Positions 35,925-64,000 of a DNA stretch of 64,000 nt are shown here, piece after piece. Where the stretch lies: contig CM102286.1 of NCBI GenBank assembly GCA_046563655.1, positions 12,648,001-12,712,000 on the forward strand. The letters run 5' to 3'. Numbering within the stretch: the stretch's first letter is position 1; the number at the start of each line of letters is the position of its first letter. The translations under genes were made by a program, and so were the position numbers. A model generated the notes under the pieces. The model did not search any database, was not told the DNA's origin, and saw only the letters and a list, made by a program, of their open reading frames with translations. The stretch is from Yuukianura sp. NJ FZ-2021 (Eukaryota).

Positions 35925-38900
35925 GACGCAAACAGCGCTCTCTGGTACCAAAACTAAACCAACTGCCGCTGCAGAATTTAGGAATACAACAGCACCGACC
36001 GCCGATGACCGACCGCAGAAGCGCAAACTCAGCGCTGAACAAACAACTTAACGCTTCAACAACGCTAGGATCGAATACAGCGTCGTTGTTATGAAAACGG
36101 AAGATGAAGAGTATGAATATTTTTAGGTTTTCTCATAATTCAAACTGTTCCCGTCGTCAAAAAGAAACAAGTTCAAAAAATTGACAACATGACTAGAAAC
36201 CAATCCGTATGAAATTACAAATTGAGCAAGGTCATTCAGACAAAAATTGTACACCGGAGGGGTGTCCTGGTCGGCTTTTAATTTTGAAAACCAGAAAAAA
36301 GATTCCCGGTTTTAAGAATTTATAAAGTTTTTAAATTCAAAGAATTCGAATAACAAAAACTGGTTTTCGAGAGTCAATCATATCATTTGCGACTTTAGTG
36401 AGTTGATGAAGCAAATGGAATCTTTAAAAACTTGGAAGATCAAAGTTTGAACAGCAGTTTACAATCAAATGATCTCACGAAAAAGTATTTAAAATAAAAA
36501 ACAAATTATAAAATTTAAAACTAATTTAAATTCACTGAAAGCCAAAACGTCGACCAACAAAAAAAACGACGTAAAAAGCAATTAAATTCTTGAACTCTTG
36601 ATAAATTCATTGTTCTACGAATAATTAATTTAGCAAATGAATGATTTCAGTCTTTAAAAAATCAACCATCGACGGCAACATGTAACACTGTCGTCTATTA
36701 CTTCATTCATAATTTTGCCATCAATTGGCTTGTCTTGTCACATTAAAAGAATTTTATGTTCTGCAATAATTCAGGAAAATAAAATTTTACGTTTTAGCAA
36801 AAAATTGAATAATTTCTTGTATTTAGATGTCACATATCTTTGAAGCAATTTTTTTCAGGTTATAAATCTTCGCCAATGGGCCAATGATGCAAACCAGAAA
36901 AGTACTCAAAGTTTTAAATTGCTTTACAAAAGCCTCTTTCGAATCATCGTTTGTACCTACATTTCATATTATTCTCACAAGAGATTCTCGAAAACACGCA
37001 AACAATACCTAAGGGGGTGCGTCCCTCTTCTCTCTCTTATAAAGACATTTTAAAAAATTTGAATTCACCCGCCTCGAGTCCATCACGTTCCTGGCATATC
37101 ATTAGCTCATTCCCCTAACTACCCTCCAATCTAACTCACCTTCAATTTCTAATTTATTACCATCAATTTGAAGTCTTAGTGTTTGAAAAGTTTGCAAGTC
37201 TCAAGCATCTTAGAGGTCAAAGGTCACAGGCGGTCCGTTTTCAAAGACAAGACTTGGGTATTGGGCTGAGCCCAGTCAAAAGCAAGAGTTAGGCTAACAT
37301 CTCTTGTTCTTTGTCAAGATGACATTCTTGTGGGGTTGTGAGGCTGAGCTTGGACAGGTAACAACAAACGGAATCAAGGTGTGGTGGCAGTGAGTAATTC
37401 CCTGGTGTTCCCTGACTACTAAATGGACGTTAATTGAAAAGGCGTGTCTGATGAGAGAGGCTAAAAATAGAAACAATGATGATCTGGAGACTTGATTTGA
37501 AGCCAGAGAAACTCAGAATAAACTAAACACGACCTGCGCAGAAAGAAGCACACGAACATGCGGGGTTAATAATGAAGACCGAGGTTTTTCAAATCTCATT
37601 GTTCTGCCTATCAGAGACTCGTCAAAACAGATAGCAACAGGAATTCCGTGTTGACGTTCTCTTTCCATGTACTTACAGCCTAACCTTCATCTTTGATTCA
37701 TTGCTTTCAAAACAAGGAGCAACAAAAAGAGAAAGTTACTATTTTGAATCCTCGCGCGGAGAAAACATATTCATCTTCTGCTGTAAGTTCTAAAGTCTCC
37801 TGCTTTCCTTTCACTATGACTCTTGGGAGAATTTGAAAACTTCCTTTCTGACTCAAAAAATGAAATATCGCCTAGGATCTTTTTGAACTACTAAAAACTG
37901 AAATTTTGATTGCGTGCTACGGAAAGTACAGACTACGAAGGGCTTCCTGTCGTAAGATCTTCAAAAGCAAATGGTTCGTGCTGGTTGAGCAGCAACAGAA
38001 CGCTTTTGAAAAATCTGGTTCAGAGAGAAATGAAATGACAGCATGGGAGACATAAAAAGACGAAAGACAAAAGTCCGTTTTATCATTTCCTTTGTCAGTT
38101 TTCTAAAAAGTTATGAATATCGCCTTTGTCCAAAAATCTGGCCAAGCATAACATTTACATAATTTTCATAATTATAATTCATTTGATCTAAACATCCAAG
38201 TCATTTCACGGTTCTGTGATCTCACTTCAGTCTTATGTCAATGTTGAAAATATTCAAAGCCAAAGACTTGTGGGACAAACTCAACCAATTTCGCATCAGA
38301 AACCTACAGAGTAATTTTTTAAATTCATTAATTTGAAGACAAAAAATTATTTTGTACGACGTGAGCAGTTTAAGTTGAATAAATTTTTTTTCTGGTTTAA
38401 AATTGAGAAATGAAAAAGTTGACCTCTTGCTCTCCAGGAACGGAGGTTTGAAATTACTCAAATTTAACGGAATGGAGCAAGTTTTGTTGCATGATAAATA
38501 ATTGGAGACAGCCTCAAGACAATTACATTTACAATTACTATAAATCAAAACAGAAAGTAATCATAGCTTATTTCCTTGTTCCATCTGGTTTTTAAGAGAC
38601 CTAGCACGATAACAATCGTTTTATAAAAGAATTTCTCCTTCTCGCCTTCACAACCTTACACATATATTTTTTATGACATTTGGTCCAATTGTTCTGGACT
38701 CAAGGGGTTTAGAATTCAGTTCCAGCAGGTGAACTGGACTTTGAAGTTTTAGTAAAATTATGACCAGAGTAAAGTTAAATTTGAAGTGCTGGAGCTCTTA
38801 AGTTGATGACTTTCTTACCCCTTTCGTCTCAAAAGTGTTTGGAAACATCCAGTCATAAAATCATAAACTCACTCTCTAGCACACAGATGAAGGTTGATAG

Positions 38901-41697
38901 GTCTAAAGCCCTAAACTTTTTGAAAATGATTTGGAACAGATGCCGGTTGTTGCTCTCTGTGTTCCTGAGTTGATCTAGTGCGCCGTTTACCTGATGTGCA
39001 ATGGTTTCAAATAATAGCGGCAACATTCCCTACGCCCAACCTTATACTTTTTTTCGTGCTTTCTATTCAGGGTTTGGAGGATACGACTCTAAAAATGGTG
39101 GTGGAGCAGGGCGGGTTACTTTAAACTTGATTTTCATTTTATTATTGAACAAATTTGCTACCTTGCACCCGCTGGTGTCTTAATTGAGCCTAATAAATGT
39201 ATACAACCTCCATGGATTACCGGGTTACTCGGAGGCGGACGACGTAACCTCAGCCTTAAAAGGAAACCTATACGTTGGAACTGCTCAACTATCATTTCAG
39301 AATTTAACAATGAGTTCGACCAAAAAAAAATCAACTAAAAAACTAACTTTTGAAAATTGGAGCGAAGGCTTAATTCGAAGGGCCCATTTCCCCTGATCCT
39401 CCTTAAACCCAAATTTGTTCCTTGGCCATGATTCTGACAGGGGCCCTTGGACAAGAAATAATTATGTTGTAAGTTTGGGAAGGATTTTGTAATCATAATG
39501 ATAACAGACAAGAAGAGCAGGGACTAAGGGGAGATTTCGTTGTTGAAAAGTGTTCTTTCCAGCCTTTTTAACATGCTTTTTCCTCATCTTGCTCGAGCCG
39601 CTCGACAGCAGGGAGAGAGTCAAGTCAATTGAGTTGTCCTGAAGTTGAATAGCCTCATGCTGGGCCGTAGATGACTTCAACCCATTGTAATTTTAAGCAA
39701 TTCCCTTCCTTTCCTTCTAGTCGAAATGGAAGCTTTTGAAGCTTTTTGAGTTTTCCATTTTGTTCAAAAGAGACAACACGGCCTGCATTTGCCAAAAGAA
39801 CCCCATTGTCAATCAAAACTCCAAATTAGAAATCATTCTTTCAACTTAACACTCCACTCCCCCTTAAGAATGAGATGACACTACCAGCCCTTAAAGTCAT
39901 ATTGCCTACAACAAAAACACAAACACCGAAAAGTTCAAAAATCATCACAACTCTATTTATAAAATCTAATGATGCATCTCCGTTTTGAATACAAATGTTG
40001 CTCTAAAATGTGTTGATCGTTTATGTGTTTGTCTTATTTCCCCTGTTTCAAATGCAGGTTGTTATCAAACTAGCGCACCCTGATCCTGTGTAAGGCGGAG
40101 CTGGATTCGAGGTAAAACCCTCCCTTTGAAACAAACAAACAAAAGGAACAACAAAAACAATTTTTAATTTTGCTTTTCAGCTAACCAAAAGTTGGAATTC
40201 TAGTTTAGGACGAGTAATGTTTCATCTGCCTCCAAAATTTGAATTTCACAAAATGGCGCTCTTCCTCTACTGGGATCTAATGAAAACACCCAAAAAGAAA
40301 GAAGAGAAAGCCCCAAACAGAGAATTGATGACGACGGATATTAATTTCCTGTGCAGAGTGATTCCTAGCGAGGATTGAATTTCAATTCGCTCTGATTCGC
40401 CTCCAACTTCTGTTTATTTTTCACCACCAACCGGAAATATGGTTCCACAAAATGAATCCACACCTCTTTTTGTAAATATGAAGAGAAAAAGCCAGTTTGT
40501 TAAAAAAAAAGGAGAAAAACCCGTCAAAATACAAATTGACTATGCGATGCCACTTTACGTTTTTTTCCTACTCAAAATCCAATTTCCATTATTTCCTAAT
40601 TCATATTTTCCAAACTACGCTTGCAGGGTTGAGACTCAGAGTGATGAAGTCATGAAGAATGGCCTCGAGTTTACCCCTTCCAATTTTCATGAAGAAGATG
40701 TTAGTCGTACCACGGAAAAAAGTCATCTTCTGAACAATGGTTTTTTTCTTTTACTTTTTTTTTTCAAAAACTCCGCCTTTGCCTTCTGCTGTTATTGCTC
40801 GACGCCGCTGCTGCGCCTTTTGTAATGTATAAGTACTTGTGAAGTTTATAAAACCTTGGAGCAAAAGTTGAAATGAAGGAAATAAATCATGGGCTGCTTT
40901 CCCTCCTGCGTCTAACTTGATCAGCCTAACCTTTTCCTTTGCCTGTGTTGGAAGATGCAACTTTGAAACTATAAGGATTTCTCATCTACCTGAACTTGAC
41001 ACATGTTAATGAAGACTTCAACACGTTTTCTACCTCAGTGGAACCACCAATTCCCAAAACCACAAAGAACACTCTCAAAACCTATTTACAAAAAGTCCGA
41101 CAAGAGAAAACCCTCTTGATTCATTTTCAACTCTGATAAAAAGTTAACAAAACTTTCAGTGTCAGTACAGATTGGAAACGTTTTTCAGCAAAAACAAAAA
41201 GCTTTCTGTAATTTGGAAATTCAAACGCCTTTGGCTTTGCAACGTCAAAGTCAGTTTTGTTTTGGAAAATCAAAGAGAATGAGGAAGTAATTGCATTTGG
41301 CAATGTACTAAATACGTGTCAGACACTTTTGAGAGTCTGTCAGACATCTCTGACAAACCAAACGTCTAAAAGTCCCATGGGAAAGGTTTAAAGAGGATTT
41401 TAAAATGTCCTGCTCCTGTCATTCTGCCCTATTAACATGTCATTCCGAGAGGATGATTCTTACTTTAAGCAACAAAGCAGACATTGCGTACCGAAAGGTG
41501 TGAGAATTGAAGCCTCTCTGGGCTCTTCTTTGTCCTTCATCACAAGAATTCCTGCCAAGAGGCAACGGGAACCGAGGAGAGGTGCTGGGCTTTAAGAGCT
41601 TGAAATTTGGAAGGTGTCTTGTCAGTTTATTGTACGTAAGTAATACGTGTTAGTTAACAACTTGTACCTCAAGTCTCATCGTTCAGTGATGTCTGAA

Positions 41698-41715
41698 TGA
41701 TGATGATGATGATGA
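41698..41715. repeat. (TGA)n microsatellite
   Basis: tgatgatgatgatgatga. Confidence 0.6.
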
Positions 41716-41947
41716 AGGTGCGAAGGGAAGAAATTCATTCCTTTGGCCGCCTTGTTATTATTCTACAAAAGATCTTCTCAGCTGGCAGCATCCCTGTTTT
41801 CTAAGAAAGTCTAGAGCTGAAGGCTAAGCATCCTTTACACCTCATGCAGAACAGAACTTGAAAAAATAACCTCAAAAATCCTAGCACGCTGCGCTGGACA
41901 TGTTCATGCTTTCCAGAAAACTCGGTTTAGAAAAAATTCAACAATAG

Positions 41948-42050
41948 AAAAAAAAACTCAGGATTTGAAATTGTTCAAGTCCAGGAAAAAAAATCTCCGG
42001 ATTTGAAATGGTTTAAGTCGGAGGAAAAAATTCATGGTTCGAAATTGTTG
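41948..42050. repeat. Degenerate ~38-bp tandem repeat (about 2.7 units)
   Basis: Units aaaaaactcaggatttgaaattgttcaagtccagg / aaaaaatctccggatttgaaatggtttaagtcggagg / aaaaaattcatggttcgaaattgtt. Confidence 0.6.
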
Positions 42051-43559
42051 CTCGAAAAGTTGCTGAGCTTTAAAATTAAAACAAGATTCAGATCCTTTAG
42101 GTGGTAGTGTAAAGCATCTTAAAAATCTCTGCTGAGCCCTTGCTAGCTTAAGCTTTCGGCTTTTTGCTGCAGCAGAATAAGATTTTTAGGCATTTCTCAA
42201 AAAATTTCAAAAAACCAAAAAAGAAATACAGCACTCACGTCGTGCTACAACTTAAATTAATTCAATTCACAAAAATAATTAAGAGCATTCCCAAGAAAAC
42301 GAAAAATGGTGCGTGGCGTGATGAAAACTCAATTAACCAATGTTTAAGAAAAAATTCCAAAGCAGAGCACAGCAAGAGGCAATTTGAGACTTCATGTCAT
42401 GCTCGGATTGAAAATTTTCAATTCGAATTCCACTTTTAGCAGAATAAAATCGACAAAAGAAAGAAAAATCGCGTAATCAGCCTTATTCATTTTTCGGCGT
42501 TTTGTTGTAAAAAAAAAGAGAGTCAAATCCAAAAAGGCTATAGAGATTGAGATATCCAATGAAAATGAGGAAGGAATCAAAGACTGAATGGAATCTCCGA
42601 TTTTTGAAAAATTTGCAATCACCCGCTCCCAGTTCTTAGTATTGAATTAAATTCGGATTTTCACTTTCACCAAAGTGAAAATTCATTTCACTCGAAAACA
42701 CATAGGGAAAAGCGGGAAAAGACCAAAGGAATTTTGCCTCTTTATCTCCCGAATGCCAAAAGTATATAAAGTTCAAACGAAATCATGAACTTTAAATCAA
42801 CTTGAAATGAAATTCGAATCAAGCACGAAAACAGTAAGCAGAGAAAGGCACGCTATGAGAAAAAGCAAAGAAAAAACAACACAAAAACAAAATCGTGCTA
42901 ACCTTTCATAGAAATTCCACAAAATATCAACTTCCATGCGTCCAAAAACTGTGTTTTCCCCTGGACTCCCAGACTGTCCGTGAGCAATTAAAATCCACCT
43001 AGAGGGAGAAAAACACAGTAAAAAAAAAGAATTAATTATATAAAATTTACCATAAAATGTCCAAAGCATCTAATACATTCTAAACTACTACACAAAGCCC
43101 TTAAAGTGCTTGGGAATTACTTAATGTCAGTAATTTTTTTTGCCATGTCAAGACGAATACAAAAGAACAGGATGATGAGATTCTCATCACCAACCACACA
43201 ACACATTTACTAAGCAGCACAACACATAAAGTTTAAGCTTACCTGCTTAAAGCTTCTTTCCTCCACGTCAATTAAACTGCTCTTTAATCATTTCAAATGA
43301 ATCCTCATACTCTGTAATTATTTAATTCCTTCTGCCCAATTGTCATGTCCATTTTGCCCAATGTTAAACTTTAGTAAACTCATCGCAAAGTCAAGCAGCG
43401 TTATTTTTTTTCAACAGAATTTTTTTTCTTTTGAATTGAAACCCGCCCCTGTCCATGTTGTGGAAATTGCATGTCAAACTTAAGAAGAGGCAACATCCGC
43501 CTGTCACCACTTCACCACCTTCCTAAAAAAAACATTGTGCTGGTTGCAAATGTTCTTTT

Positions 43560-45864
43560 TTTATTTCAGAACACACAGTTAGTTGAGTAACTAACAAAAG
43601 TTGAAACTAAATTTACGAATTGTAATGAGGAGTTTTATACACAAAAGTTTTAACAATTTCCCAGAGTTAGTGATTGATACGTATGATTAGTTATGAACAT
43701 ATACCTTTTGTACGCATTTTTCTAATACGCACAATACTTTAACCAATTATTTCATGTATAGTGTAAACACACAGGTCACATTAAGATTAAATAACAAAAC
43801 ATATAGAAAGAGATTTTGTTTTTATAACTTTGATTATTATAAGATCTTAGTTGTAGAGTTTCACCGATCAAAATTTCCACTATAACTTATTAGTGTTTTA
43901 GTACTAATTATTTTAGACATTTCAAAGTCATGACTAATCGTAAGTCGCAACACGAACAGTTTTAACCTCTTTTTATGGAATATTTTCTTCATAAACAATA
44001 AAAAGTAGTACCATTTAGATATGTCAAAGGTTTTCAATATTAGTTTTAAAGTAGAAACCATTTTTGGGCTCTTATTAATATTATTTTTATCTCAGAAATT
44101 TCTTTCAAAAAACGAAAGAAACTTTCAGCTGAAGCAAACGTTTTGCATTTGAAATTTGAATTTTCCAAATTATCAAGCGTGTTATTCACACTACCGAGTG
44201 GTAAATTCACAGAAATGCTTTCACCGATTCATAATCTTCCTTCTACAATTAAATAACACGATTAGGTTGCTAACTACAACAGTTTATGAGCAATCTTAAA
44301 TTATGAACAAACTACAATCTTAACCTGGTTTTCTAAAACACTAATCTTTCACCTTACAGTTCAAATTAGCACCACTTAGCGCCTTTTTTTTGAAAAAAAA
44401 AATGTAGAAAACTTTCTAGGAGGTTTAAAATGTTGAAAAGATTAAAAAGCGGTATAGGACACAGCGAAGTATTAAATTGGCAAAAGTTGACTAATCTTTC
44501 TTTAACTTTGACATTGGACAATCTGCTGACGGCGTGTTTTAGTTTCGATTGTACATTTATAGGTTAGGTTATTAAGTTCCGTGAATTGTTTTTGTTCCCA
44601 TTAATCGAAAGGAGTGTGCAAGATCAACAGCCAAAAGCTTTCACTTTCAATTTTTGGCCCTAAGCATTATTATTGGACATGACAAGAATTGGCTTGCAAG
44701 CATTATTATTTCCATTTTTGACTCCAAAAGCAAACAATTAACACTTTCAAACACAGGTAAAGACAAGTACAATAGGAATGCTTCATAGGAATATCAGGTT
44801 TCAACACTGCAGTACGCATGCTCTACACACAATCTCAAAATCAATGGAAACTGAGTTTCCACCACAATAATTCACCGAAATATAAGCAAAAATTGTGCGA
44901 AATGAAACAACAACCCCAACACAAGCGACAAAGAAACAGAGAAACAACATTCAAAACATAAAAAACTTTCAAACTGACGCAAAAGCAACAAAGAGTGAAA
45001 AATATTTCAAATATTGTTTCTGATTGGACAAAGGTTATTGTTGAACATCGCGAAAAAGATATGTGTAAAAGTACGATGATGATAAGTAAAAGATTTTTTT
45101 GAAAAGTCTTAGTGCTCAAAATTCAAACACAAAAAACTAAGACTCACTTTTTAACAATATTAGGACTTAACAGTAACGTCATAGGCCAGAAGTAACTTTT
45201 TGGAAATGTATGTCAATAATTTCTGGAAGTTACACGCATAAACTTTCTCCGAAGGAAAACCTTACAAATTAGAACCAAAATTTTTGATCTTTTCGCTCTC
45301 AAGCTTAGAGGTTGGAAACTCCGCACTTGGCTCCATCGTGGAAATGCGTATTTTTATAGACATTGTTATTGTTTCCTTGTTTCAAATGTCCCGTATTTGA
45401 ATTTAAATTCAAATCATGCGTTTTACAATAATAGTCCAGTTTGGAACCAATTTGAAACGGAAACTGTACGTTTTTAGGAACATATTCCACCTGGGAACAA
45501 TTGGTAAGTTCCTTTCCCACCTCCTAAGTCTTATTTTAAGAGCCCAAAACTTTGTGCCTATTCCCTTTTGGCTTCTACTTCATAAATAATTCACAGAGTC
45601 ACCTTTTAAACTTCTTCAGTTTAGAGAACTCTTCAAGTGTCGGATTGAATTTTCAGTAAGTCGTGGTGCGATGGACTTTGAAATGAAATGAAAAAACGTT
45701 GAAGATAGAATAAACTGCATTCCGCCGAAGCTCAATCAAAAGGTGTGAAGGAAACTTTTTGTCTTCATCTTCTTTGCTCAGAAAAGCTCTTGAAAAACCT
45801 CTTCTATTCTTATGTTGCTCATCAAAGATTTTAAAGTTTCGCTGCCTCATCCACTTCTCGCATT
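43560..45864 (-). other. unc-13: Probable terminal 3'-UTR exon of unc-13
   Basis: Consensus donor AG|GTAAGT at 46839, candidate acceptor ttctttcttttttgaatcttag at 45865, AT-rich UTR-like composition, AATAAA at 43560-43565 followed by T/GT-rich sequence. Boundaries are inferred. Confidence 0.45.
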
Positions 45865-46881
45865 CTAAGATTCAAAAAAGAAAGAATTTAGACAGTCTTT
45901 GACGCATGACTGATCATCACTTGGACACTTGAACCATTCCAGAATTTCATCACCATAGCTTAACTTTAAAAGTACAAAGTAAAAAACCTAACTTTAGAAA
46001 TACGAACTAAAATACCTCGCAAGTTAATCTCGGAGCTTAAAAGTTGAACATTTTCAATGAAAACGATTAACACTCCAAAAAACCTGAACAAACGCTTAGG
46101 ATTTTGCTGCAACCAACGAACTCGTTCAATTTATAGCCAACTCTGACTCAGGTTGAAAAGTACAAAAGGCCACCAACGGTTTTTTTTAAATACGCGCGGT
46201 AGCTGGTTTTGGAACAAAGGAAAGTACAAACAAGGATCCCTAGCAATTCATTATGCTTCAGAAGAATACGGAGACTTGGACACAAGGAATTGATTAATGA
46301 AGGATGAATTCCATGGAGACTGAAGGGATCATTAGGGTCCTACGGAGAAAATCCCTGCATCACACCTTTTGCTTTTCGAGTTTTGAAAGTTACCACCCAA
46401 CCCATCATCATTCCAATTCGACGCTTCAATTTCCTTGATGAGAGGGCAGAACTTTAACAAGGGAGCAGCGCAATAGAGACATTCAGCATCACACTACCTG
46501 TCGCTCTTAACTTCCAGAACCAAAAAACTACACAACTCTGCTGGAGACTATGTTATTAACGTAACCTGAGATTCAACCAAACCCTTACTTTGACTCATCA
46601 TCAACAAACAAAAGGGAATTTAATCATACAAAAAATCCACATACAGATTCATTCGACTCACAAACCAAAGTCCTATTCAATTTCAAGTTCCACGAAAACC
46701 TATTAGTCACAGAATCAACTAAGCAACTCAACACTTTTGCTCAATCTTTGAATCTGATGCTTAACGATTGGATCTTTTGAGCAAAAGTTTCAACTTTAGC
46801 ACCTCCTAACGACGCCATTAAAAAGTGAAGCCCACTTACCTCTTTTCGTAGTTTTTTTTTTGCGTTTGAAGTGAAGACTTT

Positions 46882-63288
<16,407 letters not shown>

Positions 63289-64000
63289 CTGCGAAAAAAA
63301 CCAAGAAAAAGACAACATGATTAATTTTCTGGAGACAGGCACTTTGTCCCGTCACAATTTTCTATGTCCTCAAAAACAGAAAAATAACTTCCAGGTTTTC
63401 ATTTTGATCAACACCGACGTGCTCAATTTTGTTAAAACAAAAAAGAGCGTCAACTCTACGCAGTTATAAATTTTCATTTTAAAATGTCAAGATAAGGAAA
63501 AAGAATTCGGTGATTCCTTGATTGCACCTAAGGGGTTCAGGAGACACTTGAAGGGCTCTACTGAAATAAACTTAGAAAATGAAGTTAAATAAAGAAAAAC
63601 CAGAAAAGAGACTTCAACACCGTACCAAATGTACCACAAATCAACAATCTCATCATCAAATTCCCAAGGGAAGGAAATTCTTCATTTCCTTTTAACAATA
63701 GGATCTACTCAGAAATCCATCACAAGAACCGAGAGGGAAACGGAAAACGCCTAAAAATAGTGCCTTTCCCTCAATTTAATTTCAGTTGTTTACGTTGTTC
63801 CTTTCAATTTTGTCTTTTTCCGAGAAAAAGAAAGGCAAAAGGTCATGAATTTTAAAGCAGCAGCTTTCTTTCAATGATTTAGTCAATTCCAATACACTCT
63901 CTCCCTCTCTTGTGCTGGATTTCCAATTCCAAAATGATTGATAAAGCGAAATTGATTGAAAAGCTCTTCTTTTGCTCATCCTTACGTCATGGCTTGATAA

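Noticed and set aside
35925..36026. TTG-initiated N-terminal extensions of the solenoid ORFs (36026 and 35088)
   Set aside because: Eukaryotic context; the first ATGs (35924, 35058) give comparable hydrophobic N-termini in both paralogs.
41948..42050. Possible CRISPR-like repeat
   Set aside because: Adjacent degenerate units without unique spacers, no cas genes, eukaryotic DNA.
43243..43311. Possible minus-strand exon with CAG|GTAAGC donor downstream of unc-13
   Set aside because: Stops in all three frames, the acceptor lacks a polypyrimidine tract, and no partner exon was found.

Overview
Eukaryotic, intron-rich, AT-rich animal DNA. The Unc-13 sequence looks arthropod-like, but I cannot name the species. 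No prokaryotic systems are present, and most ORFs in the track are spurious or exon fragments. From left to right the window holds: (1) about 1-31750, the 5' end and very large introns of an unidentified minus-strand gene, with candidate exons at 31353-~31750, 30980-31222, 24240-~24600 and 12022-12113; (2) a complete 14-exon plus-strand CCDC39-like axonemal gene (19060-22966, ~980 aa), apparently nested in one of those introns, with an RFX X-box and forkhead motifs upstream; (3) two tandem, intronless paralogous genes (35361-35924 and 34540-35058, minus strand) encoding small N-terminally anchored proteins built from Gly-terminated 9-residue repeats, predicted to form a beta-solenoid/beta-roll of a family I do not recognise (the best novelty candidate); (4) the 3' part of unc-13 (18 coding exons, 63288 down to 46882, MUN and C2C domains) with a cassette exon, a 3'-UTR intron, an intronic hairpin and a candidate A-to-I recoding codon. 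A short dispersed element with apparent target-site duplications occurs twice. All gene models were built by eye from splice signals and reading frame, with no database searches.
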